Made by a program: the position numbers and the translations under genes. The notes under the pieces were generated by a model. It worked only from the letters and a program-made list of their open reading frames with translations, was not told the origin of the DNA and ran no database searches. From positions 1-50,037 of the forward strand of contig NW_021834309.1 in assembly GCF_006345805.1 (NCBI RefSeq): a stretch of DNA of 50,037 bases, read 5' to 3'. How positions within the stretch are numbered: position 1 is the stretch's first letter; the number at the start of each line of letters is the position of its first letter. This document shows, piece after piece, positions 24,456 through 37,589 of the stretch. This DNA is from Octopus sinensis (Eukaryota).

Positions 24456-24954
24456 TTAGCAAACAAACCTGTTCAAAAGCGTTCCAGCCATCCGACAATC
24501 CTTTTCCCGAGCATGACATTACCTCGAAATACATTATGCCCTAAGTACATTTCCTTTACCCTTTTCAATACGTTGAGAGGAAATTCGATTTCTTGAAGCT
24601 CAAGAGACTAGCTAAAGACTTATTCATTGCTCGAAAATTTGGAGATGAGCCTGTCATTATGATAATACAATAGAAGTTGTAGGTAAGTTACTAGACATTA
24701 ATCTTCTAAGTCATAGCACGTCCCATTGGGTAAACGCTTTTATATAATGTCGGTAAATGAGCTACGAATTGATTTAAATAAACACGAAAATTTTAACATT
24801 AAACTCAAAATAGACATCGTTTTTTAAAAGAAATCAATCACAAACAGAACAAAATTGTAGCCAAAACTTACATTTATACGTCTTGTATCTTATGTTAACA
24901 ACTGAATCTTTTTGAGTTAACTTATGAACAATTTCATTATTGCTGCGATTATCC

Positions 24955-25400
24955 TGTTAGTATATATCGAACCACCAACAATTCTTCAACCTTATCTCCT
25001 CCTGCTATGAAAATAAATCTCACTTCATCTTTTTCCGAAGTCATCGTCTTTGGTGACTTCAGTGCTTATATCTCACCTAATACTGGTACTTCTAGAGTAG
25101 AAACAAATTTTGGCCGTCCTTAACTCTCTACAAATACTTGTTTTCTATCGCCTACACGCATCCCTGAAAGATAAACAGACACCTCAAGCACACTTGATCT
25201 ACTCCCCACCTCTGATCTCAACCTCTGCCAGACCATAGCTCTCCTTAAAATTATCACATCGTCCGGCCACTATCTTGTGACTATCCAACACATTTCTACA
25301 TCCACTCCACCTACAACCGATCCCTGTCCTGTGGTACTTCAAGTTAGCTGACTGGTGGAAGTTGCGACCAGGCAATGTGCTAAATTCCAAACCAAGCAGA
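24955..25400 (+). pseudogene. Old CR1-like APE endonuclease remnant
   Basis: IYR...SEVIVFGDFS...PTRIPER*TDTSSTLDLL motifs. Confidence 0.6.
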
Positions 25401-26188
25401 AACATTTTTGGGAATAACTGGAATCACTCTCTTAGACATTTGTCTTTACATTCCTTACACAATAAAAGTTCAATGCTCTAAGTACCACAAATTAGTCATC
25501 CATTGCTGCGATGCAACACTTCCGATAAAGAAAATCCTACAATGACTAGAGAAATTAACTCACTTCTAACAAAAAGAGGTGTTTACCCAGTACTCACTTT
25601 TTGTGACAAACCACTACCAGAACTGTAAAGGATTGTTCCATACAGCCTACAACCCTCAAGTTCTACTGCCTCTTAACTGCAACCAATTCATTTGGTACTC
25701 ACCAAAGCCCCCTCACTAAATTTGTAGAATCTTCTTTTCCTTCTTTTCGTAACCATAGTTCTGTGAGCAGTTTCCTGTGAGCAGTTTCCTGTGAGCAGAC
25801 CTTCACCTTCGCTACCAGCTTTCTATTCAACACTACACTGTACACAGTTGGTAAATCTCCTCCAAATCCATCTGCTTCCACAACACCAGGATCAACAACT
25901 TGCAATAAATGCATACCCTGTAAGAAAATATTTCTGGTCGTTTCAAACCAAAAAGGCCTCCTAATTTCAAACAATGAACTTCAATACTAACACCTGTACT
26001 CAACAAACACTTTAATTTCTCCATTTCTGCAGGGATTACCTCGATCTTTGGATCTTTGGGGAGTCTGTCCCTTCTGAAGGAGAGCACCCACTCTGGCCTT
26101 GTCAACTATTGTTCTACTTACTTTCACTATCTTTAAACAGCCATTAACAGCAACGATCTCCAACATCACACACACACACACACACTCT

Positions 26189-26239
<51 letters not shown>

Positions 26240-26919
26240 AAATAGTTTAAGCGGTACGTTAATAACTTCAATCTCACTGATCGCTGTGGGTCTGCGAAGG
26301 CCGTGTGTACTGCTTTTTGGTCAAAACCAGTAGTTAATATAGGCCTTTAAAGGCGTTGTGAACATATAAGCGGATAGCAAATGTCAAGGGTGTATTATGG
26401 AGTGGTCATGGGTGCTTAGAGGAACCATGGTTTGTTTTAGAAGTAAAATATTTAAACCAAGGACAAGGGTTAAAAAAACATGCCCAAAATCTCGGGGCAG
26501 GGGGTTAATCAATTACATTCACTCCAGTATTGAACCAGCACTTAGTTCATCGATCTCGAAAGTATGAAGAGAAGAATTCGAACTCAAAGCAAAGCAGGAA
26601 TGGCATTGCTCGAACTCTTAATGAAAGCAGGAAGAAATACCGAGAGAGTAGAAACATGACTGCTTCAATTATAAAACAATCAACCATTAGTTATTTTACA
26701 ATTAGTAAATATTGTTTTCGGAGCAATGTTGTTTAGGAATATAATGAGCTGTTAAATATCTTCAATTATTATAGTTTTGCTTTCTTTATTATGGTTATTA
26801 TTTTTGAAATAACACAATACATATATGCGTTTGATTCATTAAGTTTAATAGTGTTTTAAATAAAATATAAATTGTATTATTCTTTGTTCTAACATTTCAT
26901 TTACGTGTGTTGATTGAGG

Positions 26920-27295
26920 AACCTGAGAACATAGCGGCAAGACCATATAGCGGCTATAGTGGCAAGACCATATGACCACTGAAGACATTCTAAAGAGAAC
27001 CAACAAAAGACCACTTAGCGAAAATATCACAGAACGTAGATCAAAATTAACAGATCGATGCTTTCGTCTACCAGAACAATGCTATTCTAAAACAGCTTTC
27101 AAATGTACATTACCGGAGGGAGAAGAAAGTGAATATTGAAAGTACCCTGGTATAGAATATTTATGACTAATATGAGTGAGGTTAATATAAGGCTGGATAT
27201 AGGGTGAACCGCAGCCTACAGAAACCAATGGTGTTAATTTGCTGCCCAATGTTCTGGAGAGCACAGGAAGATATGAAGCCGGACTGATACTGAAA
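26920..27295 (+). pseudogene. RTE-type LINE C-terminal remnant
   Basis: WQDHMTTEDILKRTNKRPLSENITERRSKL...CFRLPE and a terminal FAAQC segment. Confidence 0.6.
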
Positions 27296-27358
27296 TATAA
27301 TTTCATGTTATACATTCCTTGCTTCTTTAGCATTTTCAATAAAGCATTAAATATACAT

Positions 27359-27706
27359 GGCGCAGGTGTGGCAGTGTGATAAGAAGTTTGCTTCCCAACC
27401 ACAAAGTTCCAGGTTCAGTCCCACTGCGTGACAACGTCTTCTACTACAGCCTTGCCCTACCAAAGTTGTGAGTAGATTTGATAGACGGATGTTGAAAGAA
27501 GCTCGTTGTGAGTTTGTATGTGTGTGTCTTGGTGTCTTGGTGTCTACATTTGTCCCCTACCACTGACAACTGATGTTGGTGTGTTTACGTCCCGTGATAT
27601 AGCTGTTCTGCAAAAAAAAAACGATAGATCCCGTACAAGGTTTAAAAAATTAAAAAAAGTACTGTCATTCGACTAAAAATTCTTCAAGACTAAAGCAAGT
27701 AAAAGA
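27359..27706 (+). mobile_element. SINE family A, diverged copy
   Basis: Head ggcgcaggtgtggcagtgtg...ggttcagtccc. Confidence 0.75.
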
Positions 27707-27777
27707 TGAAATATAAAATATGACACTAATCAAAAGGGAGAGACATGCACTGGGAGGAATACTTTAAGAAAATATGA

Positions 27778-28187
27778 GGCGTAGGAGTGGCTGTGTGGTA
27801 AGTAGCTTGTTTACCAACCACATGGTTCCGGGTTCAGTCCCACTGCCTGGCACCATGGGCAAGTGTCATCTACTATAGCCTCGGGTTGACCAAAGCCTTG
27901 TGAGTGGATTTGGTAGACGGAAACTGAAAGAAGCCCGTCGTATATATGTATATATGTATATGTATGTGTGTGTATATATGTTTGTGTGTCTGTGATTGCC
28001 CCCTCCCCCCAACATCACTTGGCAACCGATGCTAGTGTGTTTACGTCACCGTAACTTAGGGGTTCGGCAAAACCGACCGATAGAATAAGTACTAGGCTCA
28101 CAAAGAATAAGCCCTGGGGTCCGATTTGCTCGACTAAAAGGCGGTACTCCAGCATGGCCACAGTCAAATGACTGAAACAAGTAAAAG
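27778..28187 (+). mobile_element. SINE family A, full length
   Basis: A box tggctgtgtgg, B-box-like ggttcagtccc, CORE-like tgggcaagtg, internal (TA/TG)n, tail agcatggccacagtcaaatgactgaaac. Confidence 0.9.
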
Positions 28188-28863
28188 TGTAATAAATCGC
28201 TGCATAATAATTAGCTTCTGTTTTCATTGATATAATCGGCTGCTTTCTTACGTGGGGCGGAGTAAACTGTGAACAAAGTGCGTTTATAAAAGTCCACTCT
28301 GCAGAAGGTTGAGAATCATTGGTCTCGACCAAGCAAATATAAAGAAGTATTAATAAAAGAAAGTATGAATATATCAGTTTCTGTATTCTTAAATAGTGGA
28401 GGTTGTTTCTTTAATCCCCACCCATCGTCTTCTCTAATGGGATTAAATTTCCCAAACACAGACATTAATGTTTCTGTACATACAAACACTAATGAATGTA
28501 TACATGTAGATATACATGCGCGCGTGCGTGCGTGTGTGCATGTGTGTGTATGTGTGGGGGTGTCTATGAGTGTAATATTTCGAGATATATATGGAGAGAG
28601 AGGGGAGACTGGGGGGGGGAGAGACAGGCTGGCAGGCAGGCAGATAGGGAGCGAAAGAAATAGATAGATTAATGGATTAATGGATCGCTTGATTGATTGT
28701 GTGCTTGCTTCATTGAGTGATTGACTGATTCATAGACTGTCAGATATACACACAGACATACGCACACACACACAGACATACGCACACACACACACACACA
28801 CACACATGTTACATACAAACATTGATTCACACATACGCACACGTATATAAATATATATATATA

Positions 28864-29295
28864 CTCTTTACTCTTTACTCTTTTACTCTTTTACTTGTTT
28901 CAGTCATTTGACTGTGGCCATGCTGGAGCACCACCTTTTAGTCGAGCAAATCGACCCCAGGACTTATTCTTTGTCAGCCTAGTACTTATTCTATCGGTCT
29001 CTTTTGCCGAACCGCTAAGTTACGGGGACGTAAACACACCAGCATCGGTTGTCAAGCGATGTTGCGGGGACAAACACAGACACACAAACACAGATACACA
29101 CACACACATATATATATATATATACATATATACGACGGGCTTCTTTCAGTTTCCGTCTACCAAATCCACTCACAAGGCTTTGGTTGGCCCGGGGCTATAG
29201 TAGAAGACACTTACCCAAGGTGCCACGCAGTGGGACTGAACCCGGATTCATGCGGTTGGTAAGCAAGCTACTTACCACACAGCAACTCCTACGCC
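28864..29295 (-). mobile_element. SINE family A, full length, with an (AAAGAGT)n-like tail
   Basis: Reverse complement of 27778-28187. Confidence 0.9.
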
Positions 29296-29327
29296 TATAT
29301 ATATATATATATTTATATTTATACTCC

Positions 29328-29366
<39 letters not shown>

Positions 29367-29609
29367 ACACACACACATATATAAACACATACTATATACA
29401 CACACATTCACACACAAACACACACAAATACATACATACACATTACAAACATTTTCAAGTACAGCCATTCAATTATTAGAAATGCGACCAGACATAGAAA
29501 GTACGTGATTTTGAATGATTTTATTTAGGAACACTAGAAAAGTTGTTGGTGAGGAGTGTGATGATGGGGGCTGGGGGAGAGTCTTTTTGTTGGTGTTGGT
29601 GTTGTTGTC

Positions 29610-30215
29610 GTCGTTTAGCTCCAGGTCAGTCCAGATCATAGATCAGTCCTATGATGAAAGTGTAGTCCGATTAACCTTGTCACGTCTGTTTGCATATCTG
29701 GAAACTGTATTTTTAAGACGATTGGATTTGATCTGAGGAAGGGAAATTTAGAAGCTTCTTCTAGAAGGACAAACTACAAATTAGGAGGCTCTTTCATTGG
29801 TTTCACTTTTATGCTTTTTGTTGTTTTTTGCGGTTGTTACTGTATGGTCTACTGATCGAGTAGACCCATAACCGAAGGCGTTCCAATCTCTCTCATCTCA
29901 CCTTTTTTCTATATCAAGGATTAAATTATCCACAAGAACTTTCATTTTATATATAAAATACCTCAGAGTGTAATTTAAAGGGAACTTGGTTGCTATTTGT
30001 AGCAGGCGGATTGACCACTTATAAGTCACCCTCTTTCTATTCTTTTATTTTGCTAATTTATAAAGTATAGAAATAGGTTCAGCCCTGGTCCATCAGACAT
30101 ACAATAAAAATGCGTTCCAACTGTGACTATGTCTACATTGTTCAATGTGTCCTTTTTTTTAAGATGTTTTCATGACTCTTTGAGGGAAGTTTGCCTACTG
30201 TTTTTAGCGGATCCC
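29610..30215 (+). repeat. About three degenerate copies of an old interspersed repeat (related pieces near 24460-24640 and 31350-31520)
   Basis: Recurring gatc..cagacc(t/c)at...cgttcca and tttgaggga...tgct..ttct blocks. Confidence 0.4.
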
Positions 30216-30349
30216 TCGAGAGAGTGTACAGATTTCTTTCTGCGTAGATGGATAGGTTTGTTTTTACAATGACCTGGTCTCGTTGTTTACAGTGGAGATG
30301 CTTGTTTTGTCATTGAAACGAAACTTTAGCCTTTATTATCATCGCATTA

Positions 30350-30914
30350 TTGGGTTGTCCGGAAAGTTCGTGCTGATTTATAGTAGCTTAACTTTCATCT
30401 TATTTTAGAACATGCTTGAATCCATAAAATAGGATTTGACTACACCTCCATTTAGAGCACAATTTAAGCTATCTTTTCGTGGAAGAAGTTTTATGTTCCT
30501 ATAACCTGTGTTAATTTTGTAACCCTTTAAAATAAAAGATGAGAAAGTTCATTTTGGGCACTTGATGCTTTGGGAACCAGACAAAAATGCTGCAGCTCGG
30601 CTGGGATGTGTTACCCCACCCTCCATATTCACCAGATATTGCTCTTTCGGATTTCCACTTATTCAGGTCTCTGCAGAATAGTCTTAATGGTAAAAATTTC
30701 AATTCCTTAGATGACGTAAAAAGATACTTTGATGAATTTTTTGCCATGAAACCACCTCAATTCTGGGAAGAGGGTATTTTCAAGTTAAAAGAAAGATGGA
30801 GACGCATTGTGCAACAAAATGGTTCATATTTGGTTGATTAAAAATGTAATGGCAAGTATTTATTGACCTTTTTCTCTCCTTTAAATATCGGCACGAACTT
30901 TCCGGACAACACAA
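30350..30914 (+). mobile_element. Internally deleted mariner element (565 bp)
   Basis: TA TSDs; TIRs ttgggttgtccggaaagttcgtgc / gcacgaactttccggacaacacaa; N-terminal KVHFGHLMLWE joined to C-terminal LGWDVLPHPPYSPDIALSDFHLF...RWRRIVQQNGSY. Confidence 0.92.
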
Positions 30915-30961
30915 TAGTTTACTGCTTGCTATATGTTACACATCATGTACCTGTCTAATAA

Positions 30962-31180
30962 TCCTTTCTCCTATAGGCACAAGGCCTGGATTTTGTGGAG
31001 AGGGGGATATCCGATAACACTGACCCCAGTACTCAACTGGTACTTAATTTATCGATCCCCCAAAATGATGAAAGGCAAAGTCGATCTCGACGGAATTTGA
31101 ACTCAGAAAGTAAAGACGGACGAAATGCTGCTAAGCCTTTTTGCCCGACGTGCTAACGATTCTATCAGCTCGCCGCCCTT
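30962..31180 (-). mobile_element. SINE family C, full length
   Basis: Minus strand ggcggcgagctgatagaatcgttagc...gagttcaaattcc (B box)...gcctttcatc...cgataaattaagtaccag...ggccttgtgcct. Confidence 0.85.
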
Positions 31181-32346
31181 GTACCTATTTGATAATGATG
31201 ACAGTTAGTAAACGTACACATGTTAGATTTGATAATAACATCTAGACAACATCAATACGATGAAATCTGGAATTATGGCTGTCACTACTGTTTTTGCAAG
31301 TGATTTTTATGATATTGCTATTGTTGTTATTACCGTTCTTCTGTACCCGGATGTCAGCTCTGGCCGAGTAATATGTCGATCAAAAAGAATCTAGACGTGA
31401 CTGCTACTTTATTTTTTTGACACACTTATATCTAAAGCCTCATTAATACAATGTGCATTTCCTACTGTTTTTCCAAGATATTAAAACATGATTTGAGGGA
31501 GATTGTCTACTAATTCAAAAATAGCATGCCATGCGACATACAGATTATATACATTTTCCTTCTTTTTTTTTCTTTTTTTTTCTCTTTGCTTGTTTCTTTT
31601 TTTTTTGCGGGGATAGCGTCAGAGGTCAAATGCTTTTATTAATGTCAGTGAAAACATTATTTCCTTGTTGCTTTGATACCTCTGACATCCGGAATCTCTG
31701 AAAAATTTCCGATGTTAACTAATTTGTATAAGGAAGCTCAAGAAAAAAGAACGAAATGATAAATAATTGTTTAAATAAATCAAAACAGAAGTGTTTATCA
31801 AAAAGTATCATCTTTGACTTCTCATAGATTAACAAAATAATTTGATAGAAAACAAATAGTTGCCTTCGAGAGCTAAGATGCCAATTGTTATTTTTTACCC
31901 CCATGGGGCACGTCATTTACTCTAACATAAAAAACTATCTTCGTTTGTTTAGTTATTTTATTTGCTATGCATTTGTTTATCTTCGAAATGCAATTCAAGT
32001 AAATGGCAGGCGATGATATGTTTAACATAGAAGAGTTAATTATTATCTGAATAGTGTAAAATAAATAAAAAGAAAAGTCAAGAGAAAAAAATTGTAATTG
32101 CAAAAACAAAAACAAAATGTTAAAAAGAAGAATATTAAGAAGATAAGAATTGATCCCTGAAGGAAAGTGATATTTAATGGAGTAATCATTGCCATATAGT
32201 AAATATGAAGGAAAACAGAGGAGAAAATTTCATGTCAGCCTACGGAAAAGCAGCTTTAAGAGTTCTCAGCATTCTTAAATGAAATGCTATATAGTTTTTA
32301 CCCGCGCTCATACACGCGCGCACGCATGCGCACACTCACATACGCA

Positions 32347-32417
<71 letters not shown>

Positions 32418-32485
32418 TTATCTATGTGCACATAAGTATATATATATATATATATATAGGTATATATATATATATATATACTATA

Positions 32486-33500
32486 TCTATATATATAAAA
32501 CTGTAGTTGTGTGAGTGTCTGTCCCCTTCGATTTAGATTCCTAACTACTCCCACATTTTGCGGTGCAGTTTAACCAAATTCGGGTATCTTATAGTCGTGA
32601 TTCATATCGAGCCCGTCTGGGTATTAGCGCGCGTCTACGATGAGTCTACGATTTTAAAAATAATTTAACATCATTTTTTATTCCATTTTAATGCATATTT
32701 TTTCGTGTGTCGATGGCGGCGGAGTTGGCGTCCATGCTCACAGCTGCACCTGTGTTGCTTCTCCCCCTTCTTCCCTCCCTCGTGAAGCTGTGGGGAAGGG
32801 AGTGTAAGGAAATCAACGTCGTAATGCGTTGTCAAGGAGACCAGCGTTCTTTTAGAACAACGACTTCATGGCTTGAAGTCGCCAGAACAGAAATCGCTAA
32901 AAAAAGCTGAAACAGATCCACAAAAACGGCAATTACCGCCACACAGGGCAGGTTTCCTGTGCAAACAATTTGCACAACCGAATGTTTTAGTTGTTGCACA
33001 AATCTTTATATATAAAAGTAAGGTTGTGTGTCTGTCTCCTACGATTTAGATTCCTAACTACTCCCACATTTTGCGGTGCAGTATCACCAAATTCGGGTAT
33101 CTTATAGTCGTGATTCATATCGAGCCCTTCTGGGTATTAGCGCGCGTCTACGATGAGTCTACGATTTAAAAAAAAAATTACCATCATTTTTTATTCCATT
33201 TTAATGCATTTTTCGCTATTATATAAGGGAAGTAACTCTCTAAAAATGTCTACGATGAGTCAACGATTAAAAAAAAATTACCATCATTTTTTATTACATT
33301 TTAATGCATTTTTCGCTATTATATAAGGGAAGTAACTCTCTAAAAATGTCTACGATGAGTCAACGATTTAAAAAAGAATTACCATCATTTTTTATTCCAT
33401 TTTTAATGCATTTTTTGCTATTTTTTTGCTATAACTCACTAAAAATGCTTATATAGTTATTTCCCTTACAAACCCGAGCAACGCCGGGCGATACTGCTAG
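32486..33500 (+). mobile_element. Non-autonomous Helitron, fused A+B
   Basis: 5' TC at 32486, internal second 5' end at 33003, 3' hairpin + CTAG at 33497-33500, inserted at A|T with no TSD; internal ~110 bp block repeated. Confidence 0.88.
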
Positions 33501-33501
33501 T

Positions 33502-33542
<41 letters not shown>

Positions 33543-33551
33543 TATATATAT

Positions 33552-33591
<40 letters not shown>

Positions 33592-33756
33592 CATAAGGGA
33601 CTAAAGCCATCTGAATATGGCTAGGGACAGGGCAGGGTGGTGGGGGTGTTACTGTTGCATTTAGCCCCAGGCGAACATCGACGTCGCTAGATAGGCTTGA
33701 CACCGTCACGGTGTCCTTTAACCTGCAAAGGGAGATAATTCCCCGATGAAGCGGAA

Positions 33757-33808
33757 ACCACACACGGACCATGGTTTCAAGGTGTATTGCCTATCGTCAA
33801 CGTGTGGT
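33757..33808 (-). ncRNA. Type I hammerhead ribozyme, copy 1
   Basis: Reverse complement of the 34201-34251 motif. Confidence 0.75.
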
Positions 33809-34200
33809 AGGCCTCCGCTTCCTCGACGAAATCTCACTCTGCAGGTTATTCATATATAGATTTTCAAGCAAAATACATTTGCTGATTTCGAAAATCTGTT
33901 CGACAGCAATAATAATTCTCTAAAAGAGATATAGACAGTAACTGCTCGATAACATCTATCTAGCGACGTCGATGTTCGCCTGGGGCTAAATGCAACAGTA
34001 ACACCCCCACCACCCTGCCCTGTCCCTAGCCATATTCAGATGGCTTTAGTCCCTTATGTTATCGAGCAGTTACTGTCTATATCTCTTTTAGAGAATTATT
34101 ATTGCTGTCGAACAGATTTTCGAATCAGCAAATGTATTTGCTTGAAAATCTATATATGAATAACCTGCAGAGTGAGATTTCGTCGAGGAAGCGGAGGCCT

Positions 34201-34251
34201 ACCACACGTTGACGATAGGCAATACACCTTGAAACCATGGTCCGTGTTGGT
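34201..34251 (+). ncRNA. Type I hammerhead ribozyme, copy 2
   Basis: ACACG-TTGACGA-tAGG caataca CCTt-GAAAC CATG GTC-CGTGT: stem I, core (C3U variant), stem II, palindromic stem III ACCATGGT, GUC site (cut after 34242). Confidence 0.78.
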
Positions 34252-34459
34252 TTCCGCTTCATCGGGGAATTATCTCCTTTGCAGTTTAAAGGACACCGTG
34301 ACGGTGTCACCTATCTAGCGACGTCAATGTTCGCCTGGGGCTAAATGCAACAGTAACACACCCCCACCACCCTGCCCTGTCCCTAGCCATATTCAGATGG
34401 CTTTAGTCCCTTATGTTATCGAGCAGTTACTGTCTATATCTCTTTTAGAGAGTTATTAT

Positions 34460-34496
<37 letters not shown>

Positions 34497-35039
34497 CATT
34501 TATATATATCCATTTATATACATACATACACGCACTACACATACATATATAACACATATAAAAATGGTGGTAGATAAATAGAGATAGAGAGAAACTGACA
34601 CATGGTGAGATTTTTATCATCATCATATTACAGTTTTTTTTCCATGCCTGCATGGGTTGGTCAATTAGAGATGATTCAATAGGTGGGAGAACCACATCGT
34701 GCTGTAATGTCTCGCTTTTGGTATGTTCTTTTTTTTACGGCTGGTTACACTTCATAACGCCAATTATTTTCCAGAATGTTCTGGATGCTTCTTACGTGAC
34801 ACCAGCACTGGTGAAGTTGCGTTGGAACTCACCAGACCAAAGAGTCTTCTTGCCTGAGTGGAAGAATAGAAGATGGAGTAGTCGCTCAATGCGGTGTTTT
34901 GATAAATTAATGTATAACGGGTAGAGTATGGACAGATCTATCCCTGCTCTAGGACAAATAATAACATCGTAGATTTACGAGTGCTTCACTCGTAATAATA
35001 ATTATTATTATTATTATTATTATCATCATCTTCACTATT

Positions 35040-35545
35040 ATTATTATTAAGCAAAGATAGAGACAAATGACTGAGGGAGATTGGAATAGAATGCCCTGTC
35101 TCTTAGAGACAGCAACTTTGTCTCTGTAGTCCTGCACAAAATCAATTTGCCCTATGAGCTGAGAAAGAATGTACTTCGCGTTAAGATATGCCCATGCATT
35201 TTCTTTTCCATTTTTCCATTCCATTTGGACCACTCTTCTATGCGGCTCAGTTTTTACGAAGGAGCCAGGTTTGACTGTCAGGGGACAGGTTGTCACCAAT
35301 GTGACTAAAGAGTCCTATCTGCCCCAGTTTTTAAATCAGAGTATTCCTTCTCCTAGACAGACTGCAAACCAAGGCTCACGTGTTCTGTCTACCCGTTTTG
35401 GGAATGGCCATTGACTCTTTTAAGTTCCTCTGCCCTTTGCCGGATTTTGTAATTTAATCCCGCAGGGTGTCGAAAATTCACCCTCCTCACCAAGTAAGCT
35501 TAGTGGTGTTGCCGGTTTAGTCGCCGACGACTCGACGGTTTTACA
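35040..35545 (-). mobile_element. Probable short RTE-derived element (5'UTR-like plus 3'-end-like sequence)
   Basis: Minus strand gtctaggagaaggaatactctga recalls RTE/BovB 5' UTRs (from memory); hairpin tgtctct-aagagaca followed by (TAA)n. Confidence 0.45.
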
Positions 35546-35647
35546 ATGCTACTTGTTAATCATTCACTATTGTTCACTATTATAATTTTCGTATTACTGT
35601 ATCTTATTATTTACTAGTTCACTATTATAGTTTCGCAATTATAACTA

Positions 35648-36093
35648 GGCGTAGGAGTGGCTGTTTGGTAAGTAGCTTGCTTACGAACCACATGGCACCA
35701 TGGGCAAGTGTCTTCTACTATAGCCTCGGGCCCACCAAAGCCTTGTGAGTGGATTTGGTAGACGGAAACTGAAACAAGCCCGTCGTGTATATATATATAT
35801 ATTATATATATATATTATATATATATATATATAATATAATATGTATGTATTGTGTGTGTGTGTGTGTGGTGTGTGTATATATGTATGTGTGCATGTGTTT
35901 GTCCCCCCAAAATCGCTTGATAACCGATGCTGGTGTGTTTATGCCCCCGTAACATGGTGATTCGGCAAAAGAGACCGATGGAATAAGTAATAGGCTTACA
36001 AAGAATAAGTCCTGGGGATCGATTTGCTCGACTAAAAGTGGTGCTCCAGCATGGCCGCAGTCAAATGACTGAAACAAGGAAAAGAGTAAAAGA
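35648..36093 (+). mobile_element. SINE family A with the B-box region deleted
   Basis: Matches 27778-28187 but lacks the ttccgggttcagtcccactgc segment. Confidence 0.85.
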
Positions 36094-36557
36094 GAGAGCA
36101 TAATTCTAATATTGTCACTCTTGATTTCTTTAAACAACAAATGATGGCAGATTTATGACTATTGGTTTAGCTGATGCTGTGGCGTTAAATGGATGAGCGG
36201 GCTTGTGTGTACTAATATAGGCTGTTTGATTGGACTGCTAGTTGACATAGATGGCAGTCGATTAGGGGCGGACGGGATGGGATTTTAAGAGTATCTTCGG
36301 AAAGTTGGGACTAACTGTCAGAGCTATAATATCGTAGTTTATAAACAACATCTCACAATGTTAAGAAGCTATAGAATTCTGTCTATAAACACTCCATCGT
36401 ACTTGTGATGAAAGAATTTATTTATGGCATGTCACATCGTATTTCAGATATAAACCATCTACGGTTTAGCAAACATAGAAAGCACTAGAAAAAGCTCATT
36501 TGGTGGGGGTGGGGTTAAGTAACCATGTCATCGTTTCAATGATTTCAGCAGCCATTA

Positions 36558-36614
<57 letters not shown>

Positions 36615-37212
36615 GGTGACGACCTAGCACCCCGAACAAGATGCTTAGAGGCATTTCTTCCGGTTTTACGTTCTGCATTCACTTTCCTCCAAAGCTCACT
36701 TTGCTTTCATCCTTTCGGGGTCGATGAAAGAAGTACTAATTCAGCACTGTGGTCTATGTATTCAACTTACCCCACCCCCGGAAATGCTGACCTTGTGCTA
36801 AAATTCGAGACCTTTGTTATTGTTGTTGCCTTTGTCGACGTTGCTATCAATGCCCTTTTTAAATTGGTATGGTATGGTCTTTGAGATATTTGTCTGTTAT
36901 GTGTTGCAGGCCGAAAAAACAAATAGAGGACTACTCGATCGTCCATGCTTAGTTACAATTCATGATAACTGCCAACTTCTCATAGCATACAGATCAATAA
37001 ACGTACGAATTAATAGAAAAAAATCGAAACTTTCATATTGCGATTAGCTGAAACCATTTAATTCCTTTAATTTCCAACTATTGGTTGGCTCAGCCAAATA
37101 ATTTTAGAATATTTCCTCCGTTTTCTATCAAGGGATATATGTTAAGTTATAGCAGTATCATCTGGAATCCTATTATGCTATCTTTGGCGCTTCACCAAAT
37201 ATAGCTGTACAT

Positions 37213-37521
37213 ATGGCCCAGTTGTTAAGGCAGCGGACTCGCGGTAGGAGGATCGCGATTTCGATCCCCAGACCGGGCGTTGTGTGTGTTTATTGAGCGA
37301 AAACACCTAAAGCTCCACGAGGCTCGGCAGTGGGTGGTGGAGACCCTCTGTTGTACTCTTTTGCCCCAACTTTCTCTCACTCTTTCTTCCTGTTTCTTGA
37401 GTAACGCTGCGATGGACTGGCGTCCCGTCCAGCTGGGGGGAACACATACTCCATAGAAACCGGGAAACCGGGCCCATGAGCCTGGCTATGCTTGAAAAGG
37501 GCGCATAAATAAAATAAAAAG
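37213..37521 (+). mobile_element. SINE family B, tail type 3
   Basis: Same head as the 1851 and 16785 copies; body ctgcgatggactggcgtcccgtccag; A-rich tail. Confidence 0.8.
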
Positions 37522-37551
37522 AACTTCTACACCTGCATACACACGCACAGA

Positions 37552-37589
<38 letters not shown>

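Larger units (their letters stand above)
33588..34462. mobile_element. Retrozyme-like non-coding repeat: one ~361 nt unit followed by ~1.4 inverted tandem units
   Basis: 33588-33955 is the reverse complement of a circular permutation of 33956-34310; 34311-34462 repeats the first ~150 nt of the block starting at 33956; (TA)n on both sides. Confidence 0.8.

Noticed and set aside
25580-26160. Possible LINE ORF1/gag remnant
   Set aside because: Only vague similarity and no intact CCHC motif.
33120-33440. CRISPR-like periodic repeats
   Set aside because: Whole ~110 bp blocks are duplicated inside a Helitron with no unique spacers, in eukaryotic context.
33730-33845. Opposite-polarity hammerhead (CCGATGA...GAAA) in the retrozyme-like unit
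   Set aside because: No stem I can be formed and extra bases precede GAAA; probably a by-product of self-complementarity.
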